Shown one piece after another: positions 38,311 through 50,587 of a DNA stretch of 64,000 nucleotides. A model generated the notes under the pieces. The model worked only from the letters and a program-made list of their open reading frames with translations, did no database searches and had not been told where the DNA came from. The position numbers and the translations under genes were made by a program. How positions within the stretch are numbered: position 1 is the stretch's first letter; every line of letters begins with the position of its first letter. The DNA comes from Octopus sinensis (Eukaryota), in the NCBI RefSeq assembly GCF_006345805.1, contig NC_042997.1, positions 38,874,001-38,938,000 on the forward strand, written 5' to 3'.

Positions 38311-39754
38311 CAGTTGCGGCCAAAATGCTCAGAAAGGCATTGTTTTCGTCAGAAATGTAAGTATAAGTTTTTATCAAAGTAGTTTTATATTCCATAATTT
38401 TCACAAACAATAAATACAATATTAATTGTTATTGTCTGAGATTTTGGTGTAATTTCAGCGGATAACACAAAAGTTATGGATGATTTAGTGATTTACTGCA
38501 AAACCCATGGCGGTCAAAATGATCAGAACGGTTGAAAAAATAACAAAATAATCAAAAATAACAGAGAATACTGGAATTATTTCAGATTTAGTGTGAAGGC
38601 CTTTAGCTTCAATCACACTCTGACATCTTCGACTGCATAAGGAAATTAAATTTTCAATTTCTTGCTGGGTGATCTTATTCCATTCTTCCTGAAGGGCATT
38701 CCATAATTGCTCAGTTGTTTAGATTTCTGACTTTCGAACGTTCTCCTAGAATATTCCACACAACATTTTCAATAGATTGAGATCTGGGCTTTGAGCTGGC
38801 CAACCATAACAATAACCTTTTCAGCCTTGAGGAAGTTCATGACCACCTTAGCCTTGTGACATGGGGCATTCATTGTCCTGCATGAATATGGGTGGTCGCT
38901 TAGTTGAATTTCTCAGCACAGGCAAGACATGATCTTTTACAAGTTGTTTATAAACTCCTGCATTTAACTTTCCATGTAATCGCACCAAAGGGCCCACACC
39001 ATCTCCAGATATCATTCCCCAAACCATGACACTTCCTCCACCGAATTTAACACTAGTCTTAAGGCATTTAGGCAACAATTTTTCACCTACTTTTCTACGA
39101 ACGTACCTTTTCCCATCTGAGCCAAATAGCATAAACTTAGATTCATCACTGAAATGCACTGTTTTCCATTTTTCTTGAGACCACAACACATATTCGGTTG
39201 CAAAGGTAAGACGACACTTTTTATTCTTGGATCTGATCAGTGGCTTCACTGCAGGTGCTCTTGCTTGTAGGTCATATTTAACTAAACGACGAGACACAGT
39301 TTTTTGAGATAAAGTTTTCTTCAATACAATGCTCATTTTCCGAGAAACAGCAGCAGCAGTTTTAAATCTGTCCTTCTTAACCAACTTTACCATAGCACGA
39401 TCTTCTCTCTTGGTCGTTTTTCTTGGCCTACCTGTAAACTTCTTGCTTCACACGAACCACATCATCGTAGACCTTACGAATACCGTGTACAACACTTTTT
39501 GACTTGTTAACAATCTTTGCAATAGATCCAATACTTAAATTATCCTTCCTTCGAACTTAATAATCTGCTGACTAATTGGTAACGGAGTAAGTGGCATTAT
39601 ATTAACAAAAGTACACTGCAAATATTCTTACTATGTTTAGTAACGAACCATCACGTAAACAATTCAAAAACATTAGAGTTCGCCAGTTAAATATACTAAA
39701 ACACGGAGTAAAAGCAACCGTTCTGATCATTTTTGCCGCCATGGGTTTTGACTG
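38311..39754 (-). mobile_element. Tc1-family DNA transposon with decayed transposase (~38585-39597)
   Basis: GRPRKTTKREDR, WKTVHFSDESKF, VMVWGMISGDGVGPL, FMQDN, WPAQSPDLN.IEN. TA then CAGTTGCGGCCAAAATG at the left end; inner inverted repeats at 38500-38534 and 39715-39750. The right outer end is missing. Confidence 0.92.
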
Positions 39755-40096
39755 TTCCGCAATGTAACATTCCGTTTTGTAGAAAGAAAAACAACCAGAC
39801 GGAGGAAATATCTTCATTTATATAGATAAAAAATAAAATCAGAGTTGAAGAAAAGGAGAAAAGAACATGCAATCCAGCGAGAAAAGTATTAAAAATAACC
39901 GTTAACAGATATGAATGTATAAACGCCCTCGGGCAAGCTCATACAAGCATCCGCAAAGTGTGAACATACGCACACGTAAAGTTTATGCACTCATGATCAC
40001 AAAGCGAGTTAGTTATTTACTTGGTATTTATAAGAATGAGGAGGTTAAAAGTAAACTTCTTAAGACATCCATACGTTAAATTAAGTTAACGGTCAC

Positions 40097-41430
40097 TCAA
40101 AATTCATTCTCACTGCATTGTGCGAAAGTACATTTATATGCATGTAGGCATCTCGAGAGTCGTTCAGAAATTCTATTAATTATCTTCTTGTTAGTCCACA
40201 GAATAGACAGGAATTCCTTGGAGCAGAGACGGCATCTCCTGGAAATTATATTGTATGGATTGGCATATCTTACTATGAACCAATTAATGCTGTACTTCGT
40301 TTTATCCTCTTTCAATCGCAATACAAAATCTGCCAAAGATGTTGAATGTCTCTTATTAATTGCTTTAAAGCTGGAAACATGGTTACGATAACGGTTCTTA
40401 AATGAATCATCCGTCTGCCCAATGTAAATATAGGGTCCTCCTCTTGTGTGCACGGTACATTTATATACAAGATTTGTACTCAAACAGAGATTCATTAAAG
40501 GACATTTTGATTTATCTCTGCATGAGCATTTTTCCTATTTATTTCTATCTTATATACTCCATTAACCGACGCTGTTACCGTGCTAGCCGTACCATGAGTA
40601 TTCCTTCTACTACAAATTAGTCGTAGTTGATGTTTATCAATACGGTTTACATCTTGGTTGGTATTTAGATGCAAATGTTCGCTAGATCCAGTAGGTTGGT
40701 TATTGATCCTTTGCCGCATTTTGCTATTGTTTATGCGATGCATAAGCTGCTCTAAATTAGCAGAGTTGGCGAAGAATACCTTCACGGTGTATCGATTGAA
40801 AATAGCATGATACCGATTAGATTTAAGAAAACACTTTTCTAAAGCAGCAAAAACTTTTTCAGTGATATCGGTTGAAACATGCAAACCGAAAATTGGGTTG
40901 AACTAGAAGACATCCTGATTCCTGTATCTGTTGTTAGGTTTATTTGATCGAGTGTGTTGTACAGAGTTGGAACAAGCAGCTGAATTATTATGTCGCATGT
41001 GTCTATGAGTTTTCGTTGGTAGTTCATTGATATGACCAATTCTTTCTGGCCTGTATTCTTTATCCGAGTTCTCAAACAGTAACGTTGTGGTGGTATACGA
41101 TGTGCATCGCGGTTGTAGGAATTACCAGTGTTGCTTATGCCTGCTTCTTGTGTATATTGAATTTTTTCACGGTACCCAGCCCTAGCTAGAGCGTCATTAT
41201 GATAAGACGCATTAGATTCGAAAATTTTAATGTTAGCAGATAATCTAGAGATTCTTGTCGAAATATTCTTAACTAGCCCCCGTATAATCGAGGGTGGGAG
41301 GTTGGATGCTACATTAATGTACTTAATATGATCATTTGGCTAATAAAATGATTCAAATAATCCAGTATAAAGACAGAAGATAGCGTCAAAAAATTTCATT
41401 CTACGATGATCTTTACCTATAGTAAATCTA
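40097..41430 (-). mobile_element. Penelope-like element fragment (RT thumb, linker, GIY-YIG), decayed
   Basis: PNDHIKYINVASNLPPSII...ALARAGY, IFNRYTVKV, YIGQTDDSFKNRYRNHVSSF, CRLCSKEFLSI...ERLSRCLH. The endonuclease subtype differs from 17491-18375. Confidence 0.88.
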
Positions 41431-41969
41431 CTAGAGTGGCTCGCGCGGCAAGTATAATATCTATTTCACGTCGGGACAAAACCGCGTACCATAGCCGTGC
41501 CCTTTGTCTGTCGATATGTTTTATTGTTGAATATAAAGATATTCTGCAAAGGAATTTTATTTAATTCTTTCGCAGGAAGGACTAGTTCGACGAGATGTGT
41601 TCTGTCCTCACCTTCGAAACACGCTGGAGTTGAACTAGAGACAGCTGATGAAGGGGATTTTTCCTTGTGTAGTTGTCTTGTACTCTGTTTTTTCGTTGTT
41701 TAAAAAAATGGTCCGTTCCATGCTGTTTCCATGTTCGTTTCTCGTTGAGTCTACGTCTATTTGTGGTGTCCTGTACACACGTATATATATTTATATATGC
41801 ATGTATATATATATGTAGATGTAGGTACGTACATATATGTTTGTATGCATGCATATATTTTATTTATTACACTATTGTATGACTGAGCGCCTTCGCGTCG
41901 ATTCGATTCGATTCGTTTGGTTTCGTTTCGTTTCTTCTTCTCTAAGCTGGTTTATATATATATATATAT

Positions 41970-42006
<37 letters not shown>

Positions 42007-42054
42007 GTATATATAATATATATATATATATATATTATAATATGTATATATATA

Positions 42055-42087
<33 letters not shown>

Positions 42088-42276
42088 GTATATAATATAT
42101 ATATATATATATAATATGTATATAATATATATATATATATAATATGTATATAATATATAATATGTATATAATATATATATATATATGTATATAATATTAT
42201 ATATATATGTATATAATATAATAATATATATATATATTATATAATATATAATATATAATATTATATATATATTATA

Positions 42277-42317
<41 letters not shown>

Positions 42318-42318
42318 G

Positions 42319-42351
<33 letters not shown>

Positions 42352-42619
42352 ATATGTATATAATATATATATATATAATATGTATATAATATATATATAT
42401 ATATATAATATGTATATAATATATATATATATATAGTATATATATATATATGTATATAATAATATATATATATATATATATATAATATATATAATATATA
42501 TATGTATATAATATATATATATTATATATATATATATATAATATATATATACGCATATATGTGCATATATATATATATACACATGTGTATGTTTGTAATG
42601 TATGTATATGTGTATAAAT

Positions 42620-42690
<71 letters not shown>

Positions 42691-43521
42691 TCATTTTTAT
42701 TTCCTAACAAGTTCTATGTGTGACATAAATTATCCATCCCCCTACGTCATGCAATCATATATCTCTGAAGAGACTGATGTGGTCAAATCCCATTCATCGA
42801 TAACTAAGCACCACTTATCGACCAAAAGAAAATAGAAACGAGAAGGTATGGTGTCGGCAAATGATGAATAATCGACTGTCTCGTCAAAAATGTTGATCTG
42901 TAATGTACGCTAATTGTATAACGCATGCTTTCACGAAGTAAAGACATCCGTGGTGCCAGAAAGAATTACTTCTTACCGATTTTGTGATCTTGACAAATTT
43001 ATTTTCTTTTGCGAGATCGATTAATTCCTTTCTGTGAATAGCTGGATCTATTTTCCATTTTTTCCTTCTCAGTTACAATAACATTTCCATCTGTTCGTTA
43101 TGAACTTCGTATTCTTCATTTTAAGTCTGTTCTTGTGTACTTTCTTTTTACCTATATTTTGACCACTGAAATACTCTGTCTATAGTCTTGTTGTCTCTAT
43201 GGCTATTTTTCTTTCATTTCTCAGTAAATATGTGCATTAGAATTATTTATATGCACCATTTGTTAGTTATCCCAAATTTTGTGCTGAGTAACTCTGTGAA
43301 TGAAACTAAACAAAATACTTATCCCTCTCTGTTAAATGTACTAGAAGTAACAATGACAAATAGTTTCGGTAGGTTAGTGGTGAAGATACCTTTTCTTGCT
43401 CTATGAACAAAGTTATAAAGTAAGCCGTAAGGCTGGCTTTTGAGGATGCGTACAAATAGAAAATAAATAACGAATACTTTTAATCCCACGAAAGGGAAAC
43501 TTGGCAGTTTGCTATCTTACA

Positions 43522-43912
43522 GGAGGCGCAATGGCCCAGTGGTTAGGGCAGCGGACTCGCGGTCGTAGGATCGCGGTTTCGATTCCCAGACCGGGCGTTG
43601 TGAGTGTTTATTGAGCGAAAACACCTAAGAGCTCCACGAGGCTCCCGCAGGGGATGGTGGTGATCCCTGCTGTACTCTTTCGCCACAACTTTCTCTCACT
43701 CTTACTTCCTGTTTCTGTTGTACCTGTATTTCAAAGGGCCGGCCTTGTCACTCTCTGTGTCACGCTGAACATCCCCGAGAACTACGTTAAGGGTACACGT
43801 GTCTGTGGAGTGCTCAGCCACTTACACGTTAATTTCACGAGCAGGCTGTTCCGTTGATTCGGATCAACCGGAACCCTCGTCGTCGTAACCGACGGAGTGC
43901 TTCCATCCATCC
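43522..43912 (+). mobile_element. SINE family C
   Basis: Full copy. Confidence 0.92.
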
Positions 43913-44789
43913 TGATATATATATTTTAAACGTCTTTGAAACAAATGTTCGATTGATGCTTTTGTTCATCTTGCGTACATTATGTTTCTTGGAGACTCTT
44001 TATTTGTCATTTCATGAATGAAAAGAAAAGCTCGAGGTAAGGAAACTTGATTGAAAAACGTAGGACGAACAGCTTTTTTTTTTGAAATTCAAATATAACA
44101 GATCTTTAATGATTTCTTTTTGTTGTTTTTTTGTTTTTTTTTCTTTTGTCAGATTTGTATTCTAGTGCAGTATTCGAACAATGTAGGGTTTAATTTCTTT
44201 GCATATACGAAAACATTTCCAAACAAAAAAAAATTTATATTTCAATAAATTATAAAAGTTCCCATTCAATTTCAGAATTCATTTTTTAACCGGAAATAGT
44301 CCAACAAAAATATCAGCAATAAAAATATGTTCTGTTATATCTGTAAATTTCTTCCAACTTTTTTTTTCCTACTCAGTGTCATACCTTTATTTGATCTGTT
44401 GTGAAATTAGAAGATAATATTTTCTTTGAGATAAGAAATCAATTTGGCATTCTTTTATGATCTTCCCAGTCAGCAATGACCTAAATGAATATTTCATTCT
44501 GACAATAAGTGATAAACAAATAAAAACGACCTATTCATTTAGTTTCTTTTAATTGGTATTTTTGATAGTCTTGGTCTGTAAAATGCGATAGTGTTTGTCC
44601 ATCACAGAACATTTTGCAAATATATAAATTCCCTTTGGGTTATTGATTTCATATATGAATAACATTCTTTAACTATAAATATTGAAGCATAATACACAAA
44701 ATGAATTTCTCATACTGTCATACTATTTAGTTAGTTTTTTTAGTCGATAAAATGGCGTGGTCTGAAATGATTATTTGCACATTTATTAA

Positions 44790-45148
44790 CACGTTCAGGC
44801 AGATTCGAATGCAAAATATGCTGGCCGCTGTGGCGTACATCATAGGAGAACACCTTCTCCCTTTTTGCCTGGATTGTTAAAAATAAATCTCCAAATATTA
44901 GTCTAAAGTCTCACTGTAAAAAGTGCCATTAAAGAGTGTTTATCGGTTGGCAGATAGAAGTATTGACCAGCAAACAAATCCGGGTGCTTCTGCTTGACAA
45001 GATACAACATATCGAAACACCGATATCCTAGAATCACCAGTGTTCCGAGTGTGTTGAACGTGCTTTCATCGTAAAACGGAGAAGTTATTCTCTTATGAAG
45101 TACACATCAACGACCAGCATATCTTGCTTCTGAACCTGCCAGGACGTA
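44790..45148. mobile_element. Old piggyBac-like MITE
   Basis: Diverged ~75-bp inverted repeats; TTAA|CACGTT at the left and GACGTA|CTAA at the right. Confidence 0.5.
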
Positions 45149-46108
45149 CTAAGAATAAATAATCAAATAAACTAGATATTCATTTGGTAAAAAAATATTC
45201 TAGAATATTTTTATATTTTTCCCCCACTCGAGATATTTTTTGATATTTTCTGGAAAATTATCACAGCTCTTAATTAATCAATAGTACACTCCACTGTATT
45301 GAAGTACATACGGGTTTTCCCCCTTCAATTTTCAATGCTTTCAGCTCAAAAATTCCGTCGGAACTGACTTTATTGTTCCTCTTTTTCAGACGTCCTTCAA
45401 ATAAATAGGTAACTTTGCGCATTTTAACAAAATTGGTAAGTACCTCACTATCAAAACTGCGCTTAGGTATCGTCAAAACAAATAAGTTTTTGATTTACTT
45501 TGGAACGGCTGAAATAAGAGAGAATGTAGTATTTAGCTTCTTCCCTCACGCTTCTAGGTTTAATTCCTGACAGAGCCGATTTCACTTTAAGCACTCAAAC
45601 AACAACAGGAAATTAGTTATTTGATTATGAGACCGACAAACTGCAAGGCACTAGTTTTAATAGTTTCTAATTTATGCATAGGGACAACAATTTTAAGGAG
45701 ATGGTCTTCATCGGTAACACCGACCCAGTGATTCATTATATTGATCCTGAAGGCAAGAAAAGTAAAGCTGATTCTTGCGAGATTTGAAGTAAAAGTTTGG
45801 GGAGAAATAGCGCAAGATTTTTCGTCGTCGCTCTTACGATTCTGCTAACTCACCGCCGTAGTAAAGTAATTTAGTAGTATTCTAGGGTTCATTTTATCAA
45901 TTATGTCACATACCTTTGTACGCAATAAAAAATAAATCAGCATTGATTTCGTATTGATTAAACAAAAAAGTTTTCCTCGTTTTCTAAGTAAAAAAAATTG
46001 AGCGCGAGATGCTTTTCGCATGCCTAATTAATATAGTATACAACTGATGATTCTTTTATCAACTTTGGCCATGGATGGAAATCAGAGATTTGAAATCAGA
46101 ACGTAGAT

Positions 46109-46427
46109 TTTTTTGAGACTTCCTTCGTCATGACTGACCGTGGGATTGCACCTAGATAGTTACCCTCCCAGGCAAGGTTGTTTATGGAAGACCAGCAGTG
46201 GCTCATGCATAACGGCCTCCCCTATCCACGCCACCAGTGTTATCCAAGGGCCGATACAGCTTGGTACCTGTGACGTTGCAACTCATTTCTACAGATGAGT
46301 GAACTGGAGCAACGTGAAATATAGTGTTTTGCTCAAGAACACAACACGCAGCCCGGTCCGGGATTCGAACTCACAACCTCACGACCGTAAGCTCGACGTT
46401 CTAACCACTGAGCCATACGCCTTCACT
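46109..46427 (-). mobile_element. SINE family E (D-like head and core, different tail)
   Basis: Matches 58270; 11-bp TSD AGAACGTAGAT. Confidence 0.9.
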
Positions 46428-46653
46428 AGAACGTAGATATACAGAACTAATTAGTAAAACTCATTCAGTTCGACATAATAGTTTTCCGGTTTTCGTTCCA
46501 CTGCTTTCTTAATAAGTGATTTCTAATACAAACATAAGATGCGTTCAGTAGGATATGTTTTCATTGTTCATTTGATGATTTCAATTTATTACGTACTATT
46601 GTTGTAGTAGAAACGGATCGTGTCATTGAAGCCTACGTAACTAAAACATGTGT

Positions 46654-46974
46654 GAGGGCGCGTGGCTTAGTGGTTAGGGCATTCGGCTCATGATCGTAAG
46701 GTTGTGAGTTCGATTCCCGGCGACGCGTTGTGTCCTTGAGCAAGACACTTTATTTCACGTTGCTCCAGTCCACTCAGCTGGCAAAAATGAGTTGTACTTG
46801 TATTTCAAAGGGTCAGCCTTGTCACTCTCTATGTCACGCTGATTATCCCCGAGAACTACGTTAAGGGTATACGTGTCTGTGGAATGCTCAGCCATTTGCA
46901 CGTTAATTTCACGAGCAGGCTGTTCCGTTGATCGTATCAGCTGGGACCCTCGTCGTCGTAACCGGTGGAGTCTT
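46654..46974 (+). mobile_element. SINE family D
   Basis: Full copy with an (AAAGA)n tail and an AACTAAAACAT duplication. Confidence 0.92.
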
Positions 46975-47667
46975 AAAGAAAAGAAAAGAACTAAAACATA
47001 TGTATGTTTGTATCGCAATTCCTGGATTTTAAATTTTGCACGAATTGACTTTGCTCGTTTGCTCCGAAGTAAATAAAACCATTATCAATACTATATTGTC
47101 TCGCTTCTAAATTGCTCTTCACTTCATCTGGTCTCTTCTGTTGCTAATAAAACGGCAACTGGTTCTATATTACTTAATTCTGTACCGGTCCACCTACGCC
47201 CAATAACGCATCCTTTTATTTTAATTTTCCGTCATTGTCACCCTGATAATTTACTTTATATATAAACTTGCTAATCCTTCTATTATTGAACTCTCCTCTC
47301 TCTTTCTCTCTCTTTCTCTCTCTTTCTCTCTCTCTCCTATATATATAATATATATTTATTTATATTTATATATATATATATATAATATTTATATATATAT
47401 ATTTATATATATATAATATATATTTATATATATATATATTATTTATATTAATCAATATAGGGTGGCAAAAAAAATTTGTAGAATTTTTTTGCCACCAGCG
47501 GCCTAGTGGGAAAAAATTAAATAGTCATATACCATTTTTAAGTTCAACATCACAATCAAGGAACGGCCTAATAGGCCATTCACCCACTAGAAATAACAGC
47601 CAAAAGCTTTAACCGCAAAATAACATCAATTCCGTAAACCAGAGAAATTTAAAAACATTTACCTGTA

Positions 47668-47771
47668 ATTTCTTATACGATGCACCGTTTCGTCTACTGT
47701 TTAATGGTAAACTAACCTGATAAATTAAATCAAGCCAATCTACCAGGCCCTTAGATTCATCAGTAAGAAAT
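47668..47771 (-). ncRNA. Type I hammerhead ribozyme, monomer 1
   Basis: Reverse complement of the 49991-50097 motif, with small indels in stem II. Confidence 0.8.
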
Positions 47772-48150
47772 AGCCAAGTTGGAACAGATATTTTTCACGA
47801 GGCATTCTCGTCCCTGCCTCGGCAATATCTGACCTAAAATTTTAAATCATCGCACTCGCGCCAAATTTATCGGCAGCAAATAAATATAAGCCGCCGATCC
47901 ATTACGGAATTAACCAGAAAATTCATAATTAATCAATATAGGGTGGCAAAAAAAATTTTGTAGAATTTTTTTGCCACCAGCGGCCTAGTGGGAAAAAATT
48001 AAATAGTCATATACTATTTTTAAGTTCAACATCACAATCAAGGAACGGCCATAATAGGCCATTCACCCACTAGAAATAACAGCCAAAAGCTTAACCGCAA
48101 AATAACATCAATTCGTAAACCAGGAGAAAATTTAAAAACATTTACCTGTA

Positions 48151-48256
48151 ATTTCTTTACGATGCACCGTTTCGTCTACTGTTTAATGGTAAACTAACCT
48201 GATTAAATTAAATCAAGCCAGTCTACCATAGGCCCTTAGATTCATCAGTAAGAAAT
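48151..48256 (-). ncRNA. Type I hammerhead ribozyme, monomer 2
   Basis: As above; a 1-nt deletion next to the cleavage triplet (mutation or read error). Confidence 0.72.
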
Positions 48257-48639
48257 AGCCAAGTTGGAACAAATATTTTTCACGAGGCATTCTCGTCCCT
48301 GCCTCGGCAATATCTGACCTAAAATTTTCAAATCATCGCACTCGCGCCAAATTTATCGGCAGCAAATAAATATAAGCCGCCGATTCCATTACGGAATTAA
48401 CCAGAAAATTCATAATTAATCAATATAGGGTGGCAAAAAAAATTTGTAGAATTTTTTTGCCACCAGCGGCCTAGTGGGAAAAAATTAAATAGTCATATAC
48501 CATTTTTAAGTTCAACATCACAATCAAGGAACGGCCATAATAGGCCATTCACCCACTAGAAATAACAGCCAAAAGCTTTAACCGCAAAATAACATCAATT
48601 CCGTAAACCAGGAGAAAATTTAAAAACATTTACCCTGTA

Positions 48640-48744
48640 ATTTCTTATACGATGCACCGTTTCGTCTACTGTTTAATGGTAAACTAACCTGATTAAATTA
48701 AATCAAGCCAGTCTACCAGGCCCTTAGATTCATCAGTAAGAAAT
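48640..48744 (-). ncRNA. Type I hammerhead ribozyme, monomer 3
   Basis: As above. Confidence 0.82.
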
Positions 48745-49128
48745 AGCCAAGTTGGAACAGATATTTTTCACGAGGCATTCTCGTCCCTGCCTCGGCAATA
48801 TCTGACCTAAAATTTTCAAATCATCGCACTCGCGCCAAATTTATCGGCAGCAAATAAATATAAGCCGCCGATTCCATTACGGAATTAACCAGAAAATTCA
48901 TAATTAATCAATATAGGGTGGCAAAAAAAATTTTGTAGAATTTTTTTGCCACCAGCGGCCTAGTGGGAAAAAATTAAATAGTCATATACCATTTTTAAGT
49001 TCAACATCACAATCAAGGAACGGCCATAATAGGCCATTCACCCACTAGAAATAACAGCCAAAAGCTTTAACCGCAAAATAACATCAATTCCGTAAACCAG
49101 GAGAAAATTTAAAAACATTTACCCTGTA

Positions 49129-49235
49129 ATTTCTTATACGATGCACCGTTTCGTCTACTGTTTAATGGTAAACTAACCTGATTAAATTAAATCAAGCCAG
49201 TCTACCATAGGCCCTTAGATTCATCAGTAAGAAAT
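49129..49235 (-). ncRNA. Type I hammerhead ribozyme, monomer 4
   Basis: Reverse complement of 49991-50097. Confidence 0.85.
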
Positions 49236-49619
49236 AGCCAAGTTGGAACAGATATTTTTCACGAGGCATTCTCGTCCCTGCCTCGGCAATATCTGACCTA
49301 AAATGTTCAAATCATCGCACTCGCGCCAAATTTATCGGCAGCAAATAAATATAAGCCGCCGATTCCATTACGGAATTAACCAGAAAATTCATAATTAATC
49401 AATATAGGGTGGCAAAAAAAAATTTGTAGAATTTTTTTGCCACCAGCGGCCTAGTGGGAAAAAATTAAATAGTCATATACCATTTTTAAGTTCAACATCA
49501 CAATCAAGGAACGGCCATAATAGGCCATTCACCCACTAGAAATAACAGCCAAAAGCTTTAACCGCAAAATAACATCAATTCCGTAAACCAGGAGAAAATT
49601 TAAAAACATTTACCCTGTA

Positions 49620-49726
49620 ATTTCTTATACGATGCACCGTTTCGTCTACTGTTTAATGGTAAACTAACCTGATTAAATTAAATCAAGCCAGTCTACCATA
49701 GGCCCTTAGATTCATCAGTAAGAAAT
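49620..49726 (-). ncRNA. Type I hammerhead ribozyme, monomer 5
   Basis: Reverse complement of 49991-50097. Confidence 0.85.
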
Positions 49727-49990
49727 AGCCAAGTTGGAACAGATATTTTTCACGAGGCATTCTCGTCCCTGCTAGGCCGCTGGTGGCAAAAAAATTCTAC
49801 AAAATTTTTTTTGCCACCCTATATTGATTAATTATGAATTTTCTGGTTAATTCCGTAATGGAATCGGCGGCTTATATTTATTTGCTGCCGATAAATTTGG
49901 CGCGAGTGCGATGATTTGAAAATTTTAGGTCAGATATTGCCGTGGCAGGGACGAGAATGCCTCGTGAAAAATATCTGTTCCAACTTGGCT

Positions 49991-50097
49991 ATTTCTTACT
50001 GATGAATCTAAGGGCCTATGGTAGACTGGCTTGATTTAATTTAATCAGGTTAGTTTACCATTAAACAGTAGACGAAACGGTGCATCGTATAAGAAAT
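49991..50097 (+). ncRNA. Type I hammerhead ribozyme, monomer 6
   Basis: Stem I ATTTCTTA/TAAGAAAT (8 bp); CTGATGA at 49999; long stem II; GAAAC at 50074; stem III ACGG/TCGT with a TGCA loop; GTA triplet at 50087-50089. Confidence 0.88.
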
Positions 50098-50480
50098 TAC
50101 AGGGTAAATGTTTTTAAATTTCTCTGGTTTACGGAATTGATGTTATTTTGGCGGTTAAAGCTTTTGGCTGTTATTTCTAGTGGGTGAATGGCCTATTATG
50201 GCCGTTCCTTGATTGTGATGTTGAACTTAAAAATGGTATATGACTATTTAATTTTTTCCCACTAGGCCGCTGGTGGCAAAAAAATTCTACAAAATTTTTT
50301 TTGCCGCCCTATATTGATTAATTATGAATTTTCTGGTTAATTCCGTAATGGAATCGGCGGCTTATATTTATTTGCTGCCGATAAATTTGGCGCGAGTGCG
50401 ATGATTTGAAAATTTTAGGTCAGATATTGCCGAGGCAGGGACGAGAATGCCTCGTGAAAAATATCTGTTCCAACTTGGCT

Positions 50481-50587
50481 ATTTCTTACTGATGAATCTA
50501 AGGGCCTATGGTAGACTGGCTTGATTTAATTTAATCAGGTTAGTTTACCATTAAACAGTAGACGAAACGGTGCATCGTATAAGAAAT
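50481..50587 (+). ncRNA. Type I hammerhead ribozyme, monomer 7
   Basis: Identical to monomer 6, offset by 490 bp. Confidence 0.88.

Noticed and set aside
41580-41670. Possible hammerhead (CGAAAC, CTGATGA and a CTAGTTC/GAACTAG stem)
   Set aside because: No register gives an intact core with all three stems.
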